Positions 17,008 to 35,643 of a DNA stretch of 64,000 nt are shown here, one piece after another. The translations under genes were made by a program, and so were the position numbers. Position 1 is the stretch's first letter. Each line of letters begins with the position of its first letter. The notes under the pieces were generated by a model, which was not told the origin of the DNA, did no database searches, and was given only the letters and a program-made list of their open reading frames with translations. The stretch lies in NCBI RefSeq assembly GCF_009914755.1, contig NC_060930.1. One strand, 5' to 3'. This DNA comes from the human T2T-CHM13v2.0 reference genome, Homo sapiens.

Positions 17008-18022
17008 ATGGGGAAAAAACAGAGCAGAAAAACTGAAAATTCTAAAAATCAGAGCGCCTCTCCTCCTACAAAAGAACGCAGCTCCTCACCAGCAATGGAA
17101 CAAAGCTGGAGGAAGAATGACTTTGACGAGTTGAGAGAAGAAGGCTTAAGATGATCAAACTTCTCTGAGCTAAAGGAGGGAGTTGGAACCCATGGCAAAG
17201 AAGTTAAAAACTTTGAAAAAAGATTAGACGAATGGCTAACTAGAATAACCAATGCAGAGAAGTCCTTAAGGGACCTGTTGGAGCTGAAAACCAGGGCAAG
17301 AGAACTACATGACGAATGCACAAGCCTCAGTAGCCGATTCAATCAACTGGAAGAAAGGGTATCAGTGATGGAAAATCAAATGAATGAAATGAAGAGTGAA
17401 GAGAAGTTTAGAGAAAAAAGAATAAAAAGAAACGAACAAAGCCTCCAAGAAATATGGGACTATATGAAAAGACCAAATCTGTCTGATTGGTGTACCTGAA
17501 AGTGACGGGGAGAATGAAACCAAGGTGGAAAAGACTCTGCAGGATATTATCCAGGAGAACTTCCCCAATCTAGCAAGGCAGGCCAACATTCAGATTCAGG
17601 AAAAACAGAGAAGGCCACAAAGATACTCCTCGAGAAGGGCAACTCCAAGACACATAATTGTCAGACTCACCAAAGTTGAAATGAAGGAAAAAATGTTAAC
17701 AGCAGCCAGAGAGAAAGGTCGGGTTACCCACAAAGGGAAGCCCATCAGACTAACAGCTGATCTCTTGGCAGAAACTCTACAAGCCAGAAGAGAGTGGGGG
17801 CCAATATTCAACACTCTTCAAGAAAAGAATTTTCAACCCAGAATTTCATATCCAGCCAAACCAAGCTTCATAAGTAAAGGAGAAATAAAATCCTTTACAG
17901 ACAAGCAAATGCTGAGAGATTTTGTCACCACCAGGCCTGCCCTAAAAGAGCTCCTGAAGGAAGAACTAAACATGGAAAGGAACAACCAGTACCAGCCACT
18001 GCAAAAACATGCCAAATTGTAA
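17008..18022 (+). pseudogene. L1 ORF1p (RNA-binding) disrupted
   Basis: ATGGGGAAAAAACAG start, in-frame TGA at 17152-17154, frameshift near 17480. The RRM/CTD fragment is ORF 17525-18022. Confidence 0.9.
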
Positions 18023-18084
18023 AGATCATCGAGGCTAGGAAGAAACTACTTCAACTAACGAGCAAAATAACCAGCTAACATAAA

Positions 18085-21915
<3,831 letters not shown>

Positions 21916-24900
21916 ACAATGAGAACACATGGACACAGGAAGGGGAACATCACACATCGAGGCCTGTTGTGGGGTGGAGGCAGCAGGGAGGGATAGCATT
22001 AGGAGATATACCTAATGTTAAATGACGAGTTAATGGGTGCAGCACACCAACATGGCACATATATACATATGTAACAAACCTGCACGCTGTGCACATGTAC
22101 CCTAAAACTTGAAGTATCATAAAAAAAATTACAGCAGACCTTCAGTTTCACCTCTTGATAACAATGTTTGCTACTGCTAGAAAATTGATTAGCCTGAGGA
22201 GACTAAATCTGAAGCATCTTTAACCATCCTCCTTCCTAATTATAAAATTTAACTGACTCCTTTTGTGTCCTGGGGTGTTCTTAGAATACGAAATTATATT
22301 ACAGAAGAAGACCTATCATGAGAAAGATAAACCATCATGAAATAATACTGAGCCCCAGTTGCCCACTGTTTAGTGCATGCCTGCCGGGTACATTTTAGGC
22401 ATTCCACAAATACATTTTTAGAGAATGAAAGAATTAAAGGACTCCATCACATTTTAAATCAAAGAAAATATTTTAACATTCTTTGAGTCTATAATTCTGT
22501 CACAAATCAAACATTACATAAAGTTCAGAGGCAACTATGGCTACTTTCAAGTCTGGCATCTGTCATATTAATTTTCTGATGAATTTTTTTAGGGCACTGG
22601 GAAATCTCAAGAAAAACATTTTCAAAAAGTGGGTTCTGCTGATGTTTTATTTGAAGATAGCTGGAACTTCGAAGATAATGTAACCAAATCAGAGAACTGA
22701 AGACTCCCTCTCAATACAATAGCTTCTCTTCCAGTCCATTCAGACTGTTCCTTCCCTGGGTAAAGACCTCAGTCACTCCAACACTAAAGTGTGTTGATTG
22801 TGCAGAGGCTGCTCTCATTTTACATTCAATGGAGACTGAAAATAAATCTAGGATATGCTGACTAATTCTTCTGGCAGATACCAGCCTTTAACATGCATGA
22901 GATATTCCCACTGTCATTTGTCTGAAGGGCATCAGAGGGAGAAAGGGAAATGTACTTCCTCAGAGTGAGCTTAGTCTAAGTTCTCATATAGTCAATATCA
23001 TTATATTTTCCTGGGTTCAAGGCACAAGGAAATGTGATGGAAAAATAATAAAAAATTTAAAAGTCTATCAGCATTCACCTCCACATTTAAACAAACATCA
23101 AAATGTAATGGTTCAGATGCAGTCAGATGCAGTACTGAATAGAATTCAATACCCTAAATAATCAGACATCTTCTAATGGGATAGATCCAGTGTGGATAGT
23201 TTCACTGAATTCTACCTCTCTTAGCATCATCTTACTGATAAAAGCACGTATGACTAATACAGAACTTGGACTGCTCACCATTACTCACCTCCAAAAAGAA
23301 ACTAGAGTCATCGCTTGTGTTCATTGGTTGTCTCATTAATTACCAACAAAAAATTCTAGTCATGTGTTAAGCTAACCTAACCTAATAAGCAGTCCACTGA
23401 AGTTGTTAAGAGAGAAAAACAAAAGTGAATATAAAAAGATAAATTTTTTAATTCTAAAAGATTATTTTATGCTATATTAGCATCATCTAACACACAAAAT
23501 CTAGAAACACTTAATTTTTTAAAAAGCAGTAGAAAAAAAACTTACCTAAGAAAAAGAACAGTGGGGATAATGATCACAAGGTATACCTTACAGTCTCCAG
23601 AAATTCAATACTGATAAGTTACTGAAAAAAAATGTTAATAACACATTCTGCAAGCAGAAGATACTTGTAAATATGTAATTTCATTCCATTACTCTGTGAG
23701 ACTAGCATGAAAATGAGCAATAAAAGTACAGAGACTGGAAGAAGCAGAGAGAAAACAGAAATAAAGAACATAGATGAGAATAAAACACAGCCAGAGAGAA
23801 CAATAAACCAGGCAAGGAAGGTGGAAAGGAGAGACAGGAAAAAAAGGAGAAGGACCCCACTGAGCAGATGATACGTGTAATGCAAATCTTGGTTTGTAGC
23901 TTCTATTTCTTCTATTCTGTGGTCAGTTCCCCCAGTTATATGGCCTATGAATGTTTAAAACACATCTCAGGATTTTTGCAAATCGTAGGGGTTAAGGGGA
24001 GGGAAAGGCTTCATTGATTCCAGCTTTGCATGTTTCTGATAGAATTCTCAAGCCACCATGATATTTTACCTTTCTAAGGTAACTTGATGTTTTTGCTCAG
24101 ATATCAAACATTTCTTTCTCTGTCTCTGAAGTTCTATGATAAGTAAGAATTAATTTGTAGAAAATTGATCTCCTGCAGGTTGGCCTCCCAGAAAAAGTAT
24201 CACCCTCCTAAAAAGTTGCTTGGAAGTCAGCCATCAGCAGTGCTTATGAAAATCAATCCTGGTCAACTTCAAGGCTAGAGCTTAGTGCACTAATCACATC
24301 AGAGTGAGTACAATACTCCCCTTCTCCATCCTTGAAAGGTGAGGTAATTAATTATGCTACTAGCTCACTATGTCATACAGGCACAAGCAGCAAGCCATGG
24401 ACCCTAACCCTCCTATTGTGCCAGGGGAACATCTGGAGCTCCCCTGACTATGATTGCTAAATTGTCAGATTAAGATTGGAGCCAAGACTTTACTAGGTTC
24501 TATCCAAACTCCTGATCAATCAGAAGATGGACCAGAGCTTCCTTAACTTAAAAGCTCCCCAGCCAAAGGGTTGGAATCCTTCTCCTGGAATCTGACATCC
24601 AGCTCTACCAGATCTTTGTGCACACCCTGAGAACACATGATCTCTCCTATCTCCCTGAGTTTCCCCCCAGTACATACCACTCCACAAAATCTGATGCGGG
24701 TGCTTCCTGGTTATGTGACATTGTTTGCACAACAGTCAGGAACTTTACAAAATATATCTTATTGTTGAAATGTTCCCCAGATTTTAACAAGATAGACTAT
24801 TAAGGCTGTGAAGCCACTTGAACTTAATACTCTATAACACTGGCTCTCTCCCCCACCCACCCATGAAAAGTCACTAGAATATGCAATTATTAGAACTAAA

Positions 24901-26234
24901 ATCAAACTGAATATTCGAAGCACAGTGCCTCTTCACTCACATTGCACCTTCCCTTGGGTATGTGGCTGGGCCTGTGCTTTCTAATTCCAAAGCACTTCTC
25001 ATGGCATCACAGAGAGATAGCTAGAGGAATGTCATAGAGGCCAGTCATGCATTTGATCTCCAGCTATAAAATAATTTTTATTTCTTCCAGATACCAGATT
25101 GCTTCTTTTCCTGTAGTCAGCCACTGGTTATGACGTATTAAAAGAAAAAAAGCAAAGAATATACACTGATGATTGTAGGTAATCAGCATATATAATCTTT
25201 CTGTAGAGCAATCAAAATGCCATCGTCACTGTTTGGGGATTGAGATATACTGACAAATAAAATAGATGTCCCACACTGAAGAAGTAATATGAGTTTTGCT
25301 TAAGGAAGAAAATACCGATTCCTGCAATTGTAACCCATCACTGTAATAGCCTCTTGTCATCTAGTTAGAGGGAGCCTCTCTGGTTGTGATAACGCATCAT
25401 CAAATTGGTAGTCTCTTTGTATCTGAACAATTTAGGAAAAATAATAACAGGCTGGATTGAGCATTGAGGACCTTTTTAGCCTCTGAAAAAATTTAACCTC
25501 ATAAAAATTGGATGTCCTATGCTTGGGTAATTTGAAAAACGAATTGAAAATTTATGGCCATAGAACTTTTTAAAATTTGATAGTTCTTTGAAATTGCATA
25601 TTAAACTATCTCTTGTTTCTTCTAAAAGGAAGATATTTTTTCTATTTCTCTCTGAAAGTTTTCTCTTAAACAACATTTCTATCTGGAGTTTTAAAAAATA
25701 TTTTTGTCTGTCCTTTTGTTATTTTGAATTACTTCTCCCTCCTGTCTGCCTGTCTGGCTGGCTCTCTGTTTCTCTGTTTCTCTCTCTCTCTTCTGATTTG
25801 AAAGCAGAGTTGGAAATTCTATGAGAAGTGGAAGCTTTGAAAAATAAGAAGCTGTATAGCCTTCTCTCCATCAATTAAGAAAAATCCAACCTCTTTTCTA
25901 GGTGCTTTTGCTTGCGGAGACTCCCTTACTCTGAATGAGTTTTTTCTTCTTTTTTTTTAACTGACAAACATTAAAAATCCATCAGGAGGCATTTCTCAGT
26001 GTGAGAGGCCTCAAAAAGGCAACAGAAAATCTACTTTCTTTAATGGAGATATTTCTGCTATGATGTTGATTCTCAGCCTATTTCAAGAAGAACTAGGTGC
26101 CCCAGGGTACTAATTATAAACTACATTATTCTTTATGACTAAATATTCAGCTTGAATTTGATCCATCTTGGCACCGAATCTTAATTCTTTGCCAGCTAAA
26201 AAATAGTTGGGTGAATTCTTCCCCAGGAGACACT

Positions 26235-27200
26235 GCTAAAAGGCTATGTAGTTCGGAGGCTAGACAACAGGCTCTGAGATCCAGGATCAACTCCCTGTCA
26301 GTTTCTGCATCTTTGGAAACATTTCCTAACGTTCCTTTGCCTTAGTTTCCCCACAGGCATATGAGATTAATACTGATGAAAACACCTAACTCACCTTAGA
26401 AGAAAGTATTTGGCATGAGGAAGCACTCAAAACCCATCACTAATTGCTCTAAAATCATATGTTCAATAGGCTATGAATTAAGCTAACTTGTCACAATTCC
26501 TCCTATCATCACTTCCACATTTCTCTTGATGATATTAACAACTTCATAGAATCATTCCTCTGTAATAGTTTGGTGGAAGAATCTGCTATATAAATAAATG
26601 CATGTTATAGAGACACTTTGAAAAGCTCATGTCGCCTTTATCTGACAGCACCTCTGTTCAGAAAAGTGGAAAACTGGCTCTATGAGTATATGCATTCATG
26701 AGCTCTTGATTGAAAGGGGTCAGTTTCAGAAATCTCTGAGTTGGAGGTCTTGGGCCTGAGCCTATTAAGATAAATAACTCCCCCAGGGTAACTCATCAAT
26801 GAGGAGACTTCAGCAGTTAAATTCCCTAGACTAAGTCTCATGTTCTCACTCAGCACACTAACCCATGCACAGCTAAATTATCTCATCCACAATTTCAATT
26901 TTTGATTCAACTAAAAAATACATGCCTATAAAGATAAGTCTTCAAGTAAGCCAGACACACGGTAGTAGGAAGTATGTTTGCTTAGAGTCCCATGAATCAG
27001 TATTAGAATCCTTCTCTACTCTGTGAGATTTTTGGCAAATTAAGCTATCTCAATCTCAGCTTTCATATGTGAAAAATGGGGATAAAAATAACTGCCCCAC
27101 AATATTTACTTTTTGAATTCAAGATAAAATATTTAAAGCTCTCAGTACAGCTCTTGACAAAAAAATGGATTTTAAATACATGGTTATTACTATTATTATT
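26235..27200 (+). mobile_element. Two MIR relics (~26235-26450 and ~26960-27200)
   Basis: MIR core motifs, e.g. CTCAGCTTTCATATGTGAAAAATGGGGATAAAAATA. Confidence 0.55.
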
Positions 27201-27682
27201 ACTATTATGTAGATTTAAAAATTAATGTATTAATATGTGATTTCCTTATTCATTAGGAACTCTGGGATGGATATAGTTATGATGAAGTTGGGAGTGGCAG
27301 AATAAAAAGGAAAGTGATCCCAGTAAAAAGAAAAAAAAAATAGGGAGGAATTAAAGTTGAGAGGACAGACATAAATTTGTCTTTACGTGCCTTTAGGTTA
27401 AACATCAAAGACCTTTTGAAAAATCTGATAAAACCTGAGAACCCCATCTCCACAAAAACAAATCCACACATAAATATGCAAAACTGTATGGCCCTAAGAA
27501 CTCCAGGATATGTGCTACTAGAATCTAGACCAGTGTTTTACGCACCGTGCCTCCCAACCCACTAATAAGTAAAAGTAATTTAAGTTTGATGAGCATTTTT
27601 AAAATAAATACATATCCTATCTATGCTTATAGAAAAGAATATAATGAAAATATTAGAAGGCATCATATATAAGAGTATCATT

Positions 27683-28094
<412 letters not shown>

Positions 28095-29083
28095 TCATAG
28101 TCAAAAACATTTCAGATACACTATTTAGCTAGTGTGATAATTACAGCTACTTACTTCCAAGACTAGATTTCTGTCATAAGCACCCACTCACTATTTGAAC
28201 TCTCCTGCAATGAACTGCTTAAGAAATATCCAGACTTTCCTCTCAACACTCCGACTTAATTAAGGTATGAACTCAAAGATAATCATGACTGTTATTAAAT
28301 AGTAGGCCTGTTACTTTAAGAAATGTAATGTTCTTCTGTTGAACAATGTAGAGCTACAACTTGAGGATATCAGTGTGTTAGAAATCCTATTTTTAAAAAG
28401 CCATGAAGATCCAAATGATTTGTAGCACAATGCAATTGCTGTGTCACGATAAGATTTTAAGATTTAACATACACTCTTCTGCTTTATATGAGGAGAAAAC
28501 AAGCAAGCAGATAAGGAATCTGGATCATCATCTGAAACTTCTGTAAATGCTGTGAGAAGAGCTTGGGGAAGAAGAGACATTGAACTCTCTTCAAACATAA
28601 CCATGAAATGTGAAGTCACCCTACCAAAAGGAGCCTCTCATCTATATAAAAATGAAAAACAACCAGGCAAAAAAGAAAAAAAAAACATTTTGCTCTTCAA
28701 GTTAAAATAATAAGAATCAAAAGGTAAGGCTGAGTCCTGGGAAGTATGTTATATAAATATACAACACAAGAGAGACCATTATGTTAAGAAGGCTCCAGCA
28801 AGAATTATAGCTGCTTTCCTGTTTACATGACAATCTACCTATGACAAAAGTTTTCCACCCTTTCTCTTATTGTAGACTTTTAACAAAATCTCATGCTCAT
28901 ACTCTTCTCCATCATTTAAAACTCAACTCACTGGCATCCTCACTACAATGCCTTACCTTTGAAATGTACATCATGTAAACTTACAGCCAAAACGTTGTGG
29001 AATAAGGAGTGCAGATTAGAAAACTTCTTAATTTCAATGCTTGTCCTAATACTGTTACTAAAATGAATGAAAAGTATATTCCT

Positions 29084-29326
29084 GGGCAGGCACAGGTGGG
29101 CAGATCATTTGAGTCCAGGGGTTTGAGACCAGCCTGGGCAACATAGAGAAACCCTGTCTCTACTAAAAATACAATAAATTAGCCGGGCATGATGGTGCAC
29201 ACCTGTAGTCCCAGCTACTTGTGGGGGCTGAAACGGGAGGATCTCTTGAGCCCAGGAGGTCAAGGCTTCAGTGATGGTGCCACTGTACTCCAGCTTGGGT
29301 GAGAGTGAGACCATGTCTCAAAAAAG
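29084..29326 (+). mobile_element. AluJ with ~39-bp deletion near the 5' end
   Basis: J diagnostics (TTGAGCCCAGGAGGTCAAGGCT). Degenerate TSD GAAAAGTATATTCCT / GAAAGATATATTTCT. Confidence 0.85.
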
Positions 29327-30585
29327 AAAGATATATTTCTTCCAAATTCCCTAACATTTCCATATTTGGGTATTAGGGACCATCTAGAGATAAATGTGAG
29401 AAGCAGGGATCAAAAATGTCCTGAAATATTTTGAATTCCACTATCAAACCCATGCTGTATAGGAAAAATCAGAAGAGAAAATCACAGGGCAATTTGTAGT
29501 TAAGACTTTGGATTAAAGGGACCCCAAGGTGGCAGCAACCCATCAAGAGATCTATGTTGATAGAGCATTTTTCTAATAAGCAGGTAACATATTGTTTATG
29601 CTTCTGATTATCTTCATCAATGTTTTCCCAATATAGCAGCAATGAAAAAATCTCTAAGGCTTTATAAGAACTTTAGACAATGTAAATGATGGTCATAATG
29701 TTTTAATGTAACTAGCATTTTTTATTACTTCACTTGAGTCAGCAGTTCAGAACTGATACAAACCTAAAAAATAAAACTAGTGTAGCAGAAGGTAGAGGGA
29801 ATATTATTAGCACAAATTCTAGCATAGAGTATGGTCACAATCACTTTGAAAGTAGCATCTCTTCTAAAACAAAGGGGCACTGAGAGATTGAATACTGGCA
29901 GGAGCCACTGTACCAGTTAATTAAACATATTCTGAATTAAAATTTGGCCATACTTCCAAGCTACAAAACATGAAGGAATAATATCTTTTCTCTCCCAAGG
30001 AGAACTCAAAGAATATTTTTTCCAAAAAGAAATAAGAAACTGAAACATAACAAAATAGAAACAACTCCAAATACAAATTGGCTCAAATAATCAAATTTTT
30101 TAAATAGGATACAAAGTTTATTCAAAATATCCAAGTATTAAAAATATAAACTATGAAAATATTAAACCAGCAACAGATTAAAAACAATACACATTTCCAA
30201 CAAAAGAATAACATGCCCCAAAATTATAGGGTTACATCCCACCACCAAGATAATAAGCACATAGTAGTAACAGAGATAAACTGCTGAGAGAAGGGCAAGA
30301 ACATAAAGAGAGATCCTCTCTGAGGCATGATGTAAAATAAATTCCTAAAGCTGAGGGTGGAACAGACATTTAGAATAACTCCCTGGCAAACCAGGCCCTG
30401 GCAAACTCACCAATGAGGTTGAAGCCCAGGAAGTACTGACAGTAATGAAAGGAATGATAAATCCCTCAGTTCCTGACTAGACTGATTCAAAATCCCACAT
30501 TAAAGTCCTAGCAAAAGGACATGTGGACAAGAAGACATTTGTCCTGCTATCAAGAAGGTTTACACTCATTATATATTTAGAGAAC

Positions 30586-30958
30586 CATCATAGTCATTTG
30601 GGGCTACAATAACAGAATACCATGAACTGGGTGGCTTGTAAACAACAAAAACTTATTTTTCACAGTTCTAGAGGCTTGAAAGTTTAAGATCAAGCTCCTG
30701 GCAGATTCAGTGTCTGATGAGAGCCCACTTCCTCATTCATAGACAGCTGTCTTTTCCCTGTGTCCTCCCATGATGGAAGGAACAAGACAGAACCCCGCTG
30801 TCTCTTTTATAAGAGCACTAATCCCATTCATGAGGGCTCCACCTTTATCAGTTAATCAGCTCCCAAAGGCCCCACTTCCAAATACCGTCACACTGGGGAT
30901 TAGATTTCAACATATGAATATGGAGCAGGGAGGGGACACAAACATTTAGTATATTGCA
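30586..30958 (-). mobile_element. MLT1A-like MaLR solo LTR
   Basis: Antisense MLT1A: CTGGGTGGCTTGTAAACAAC...CACTAATCCCATTCATGAGGGCTCCACC... Confidence 0.85.
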
Positions 30959-31386
30959 AGAACTATTTTTCTTGCTGTTTCATGATGTAAGGTAAGTTCT
31001 CTTCCGCTGCTCCTGTGGAGAGTACCTCCTACTGGTGGTGTCATGGTGGCTGAGGATGTCTGTTATGAAGCAAAACAGAGAAGAGAAGAGGCCTCTTTTT
31101 TGGCTGTATTCAGTTAAAGGAGTCCTACAACAGTGTTGCTCATACTACAAGGTGTTAAAGAAGTTAATTAAATAGTCCTCTCAGCATTCACTCATAATCT
31201 TCTCTGGAACCAGAACTTAGACAAGCATCCTGAGTGATGGAAACATTTTCATGGAGGAAGGACCAGACATTTTGAGAACATTTTATGTCTATAGTAAAAG
31301 AGAAGAGAAAACAGGAATATCAGGGTAATTCTTGCTAGCCCAACCTACACAGCTAAATTTCTGGCAAATAGTAATGGTATAGAGGC

Positions 31387-31541
31387 AGAGCTGGCTTCAT
31401 GGGTCTATGACCTATACCTTTACGCAGATTGTTACGTTTGGTTTAATTGCTTGTCTCTTGCCATACTGAAATTCTTAACAACTTTTGAATGACTCCATAT
31501 TTTTATTTCATACTAAACCAACAAAATATATAGCCAGTCCT
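31387..31541. mobile_element. MER91-like hAT DNA transposon relic
   Basis: CAGAGCTGGCTTCATGGG ... TGAAATTCTTAACAACTTTTGAA ... TATATAGCCAGTCCT termini. Confidence 0.55.
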
Positions 31542-31964
31542 AAATTGTAACAGAAAGCTGAATGTGACAGCTCTACAAAATTCCCTGCCTGCTAAAATAT
31601 GGTTATTCTAGACTTTTGTTCATTTATATAAACAATGCTTTCAAGGTTATATTGTCAATGTAGTCTAGGTATAGCATTTCCTACATTCTACCTGACAACA
31701 TAATTTCAGTTTTCCTAATAATGATAATTTTCTCAGAAATATTCAGGCGATCACTCAAGGGGTATAGAAGCTAATCTAAGCTGTAGGCTACCAGTCCTTG
31801 GAAAGCTTCTGTGAATTCTATAGAACTTCTGCTAGACTCCAAAGGATCTGCAAAAGCACCAGGACATCTTTAAGTTCTCATTCTCCCACCTTTTCTTGAA
31901 TAGCCTCAGGTACAAAAGAAAACAAACATTCTCCCATAATCTAGAGATGTTCCTCCAGTGATAA

Positions 31965-32380
31965 AGTACTGAATGGGATTAGTGCTCTTATAAAAGAGAC
32001 TGCAGGGTTCTCCCTTGTTCTTTCCATCATGTGAGGACACAGTACTGTGATAGAGGAAATGGGAAAGTAGGGCAACAGAGGCAAGAGGTAACTCTTTCAA
32101 GGTAGACAAGGTCATCAACATTGTGAAATGCTATAGGGTGATAAAGGAGGATGAAGCCAAAGAATAAATCTTTCAGTAATTGGACCTTTTAGAGGGAAAT
32201 TTCTATAGTGTGGTAGAGGTTGGCCCCAGGATCTGAGGAGAGAATGGGAAATGAAGAAGGGGAATTGTGTGTATAAACTTTTTCTAAGTATTTTGGTGAA
32301 GATAAGAAAGAAATAGAGTGATAGGTCAAGCGGATATCACTGACAGGGGAAGGAATGTGAAATAAAGGCTTTCCTAGGCT
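31965..32380. mobile_element. Short MLT1A fragment (+, ~31965-32045) followed by L2 fragment (-)
   Basis: GAATGGGATTAGTGCTCTTATAAAAGAGAC then purine-rich antisense L2-like sequence. Confidence 0.5.
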
Positions 32381-33687
32381 CCATATCACAGAGAGCTCAG
32401 TCAGGCATTCGATCCTCTTCTAAATATTTTAAATATATGAAATGCTATCTAATGTTCATTCTTAATAACAATAATCTGGAAAAATGTCCCACAGATAGTT
32501 GAACATAATGGAAACCCTTTTTTAAATGCTACCAGGAAATAACATAAAATATTTTTTTAAAAGTTTCTTAATGGAAAAACTACGCATGTGTGAGGCAAAA
32601 AGTAAAGAGAAACAAACACACAGTGATTCCTTAGAGGAAAGTCATGGTTCAAAAGTCAGATGACTATATCAGGAGTAGTGCTGACCTAAGAAGTGAACAA
32701 GAAAACTCCATTAGTATGGTTTTTCTTTTCTCTGAGCCATAGCGCTCTATCCCATGAGAATGCCAGGGGAATTTTTACAGCATAAGGGCTTTCCATTTAT
32801 TGCAGTGATTCTTCACCATTGTAGAGTTTTTTTTTTTTTTTTCAAATAAAGGCCCTTCTGCTATCCATCACGGCAAAGTTCAAATAAGTCAGTGTTTCTT
32901 ACTCAGGCCTAAACCCAAAGTCTCTTGAGGCAAATGCAAGGCGCCATAAGGTACTTCACCTGCTGTAAACAGAGCGCTAGGACTGCACAGGTTACATGCT
33001 TAGTACCTAAATCGTAAGTGTGTCTAAGTCAAATTCCTCTTTATTTCCCAGCTTTGTGGACTAACTCTTCTACCTAGGCCTCCAAAAGTGTGGAATAACT
33101 GTGTACAATGATGCAGGTATGTCATGGCCTTTCTTAGAAGACTCTCTTCCCAAGTCACTAAATATTACCCTCAAAAAAGACATTTTTACAAAGCGCATCA
33201 TAGCAAGTGCTCAAAATGAAATTGCTAAAATTAAACAGAATTGTCAAGGACCAAATACGCAAAGACGGCTGCTTCTTCTTTGCTTATACTTTCAGGAGGA
33301 AGGTCAAGGTACTTGGCTTAGACTTTTATGACCCAGTCTGACTCCCTAGGCCTATGCCCTTCCCAGTGGGCATTCCCAGTTTTGGCAGTATGAGCTGAGG
33401 CCTGTACCTTGTAGCAGCACCAATAGGATCTCCATGGAATGATCCAGCAATGTAATTTCAGCTAAAATCACTTCATAAACTAATGTATTTTTTTGTTCAC
33501 TTTACCTTATGTAACTAATGTAATTTAATAAACACTTTTGGCAAGACTGTTGGAGTGGTTTTCATTATTAACAAGTAACCCTGATTGAAGCTATATCTAT
33601 ACTCAAGTATGACATGAAATATATATCCAACAAATGGTAGTTCCCCGTCACCCCTCTTTACAGAGTCCGCTATATTAAAGAATGTTA

Positions 33688-33899
33688 GTTCGAGAACAGC
33701 CTGGCCAACATGACAAAATCCTGTCTCTACTAAAAATACAAAAATTAGCTGGGCTTGGTGGCAGGCACCTATAATCCCAGCTACTGGGGAAGCTGAGGCA
33801 GGAGAATAGCTTGAACTCGGGAGGCAGGGGTTGCGGTGAGCCGAGACTGCGCCACTGCACTCCAGCCTGGGGGACAGAGCAAGATTCCATCTTAAAGAA
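33688..33899 (+). mobile_element. 5'-truncated AluS
   Basis: Starts at GTTCGAGAACAGCCTGGCC. TSD AAAGAATGTTA / AAAGAGTGTTA. Confidence 0.9.
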
Positions 33900-34829
33900 A
33901 AAGAGTGTTAATAACAGTTAACTTTTGTTCAATACTTGTTAAGAGCCCAAAAAGTGAGAAAACTAAAGCATACTGATTATATTAATTTCCAGAGTTCAAA
34001 TGGCTAGTAAATGGTAGAACCCAGATTGGACTATCATCATCATAAATAAAACCTATATTACAGATAAGGAAACTGGCATACAGAGAAGTGGATAACCTCT
34101 CAATGTCACAGAGCTCATAAGCAAAGCAGCCAGGACGTCATAATATACTACTATGCTTTCTCCTCATTTCAATCATATAGCAATAAGGCTTATCTTTTTA
34201 ATATTATTTACCAATTACAAAGACAATTCAAATCTTGTTTCTAGAATAATTCTCTCTCTTTGACTTCTGAATTAACATAATAAAAAGTCCCACCCTAGTT
34301 AATGTGAATGGAATCCTATCTTTTAATCTTCAAGTTGTCTTCAAAGTAAGTTCAGACTAGTGGCATATTCTGTGCCTGAAGAGTAAGTAAGTCATTATTT
34401 ATTGATCGATCCTGATGTCCTATTATCTTCCGCTCTGGAACTAAAAACTGTAAATTATATAGTCAATAAATCTCATAGGGTTCATTATAGCTATGTACTT
34501 GGGACATCAATTCCTGATTTTGGTACTTTTGTTGGTTTGCTATCTATATAAGACCAAAAAAATGAAAACAGCATTATCTATGAAAGGCCCTTCAATACTG
34601 AAAACTGCAGTTCTCTCTGTTATATACTAACTCTATTAAAGTCATTAAATGTGGCTTTAGCACTTAGGATACTTGAAGTAGCTGCTGTTGTTCTGATAGT
34701 AAAACAGTTTAAAGCCTGTCATAACGTATAGGAAACACTCAATAGGTATCAGTTGAATTTTTAAAAAATGAATACATATGATGCTCATGCTTTGTACAGA
34801 TTATTATGCTGAACAAACATTACACACTT

Positions 34830-35153
<324 letters not shown>

Positions 35154-35643
35154 CTAGAAACTCTTTGTGAAAAACAAGGAAGGTAAGATTTTAGTTTTGC
35201 ATATCCCAGGTTAGATGCCTGGAAGCATTTAAAACATTGCCTTCTCAATTTCTCCATTTTGTGCTTGTCACATTCCTGGAAATACAATAAACAGAAACAT
35301 AAGAACCAGAGGCATAGAAGCAAAACTCTACTCACGGTGTTCCTGTTCACATTAGATCAGTAAACCACAAAACCTGAAAGAATACTCTTAATCTCATTTC
35401 AACCATAACCACCAAATTTGAACACTCTAAGGGGAAATTTGGCCACCTGTAAACACTTTAACTCATTTGAGACATCAGACTTCTCTTTTGACATCTCCAA
35501 TATGCGTGTGACACAGCAGTGCATATTGGATGCCAAATCCACAGGTTCAGAAAGAAGAAACTAGGCAACATTTGAGAAAGAATAGTTAAACTCGTTTTTC
35601 ACTAAATCCATTTCATCACGTTTTGACCTCATTACTTTCCAAC

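Noticed and set aside
23619-23885. 88-aa hydrophobic ORF resembling a membrane protein
   Set aside because: It is the antisense of a purine-rich tract, which gives Leu/Phe/Ser bias. No recognisable family.
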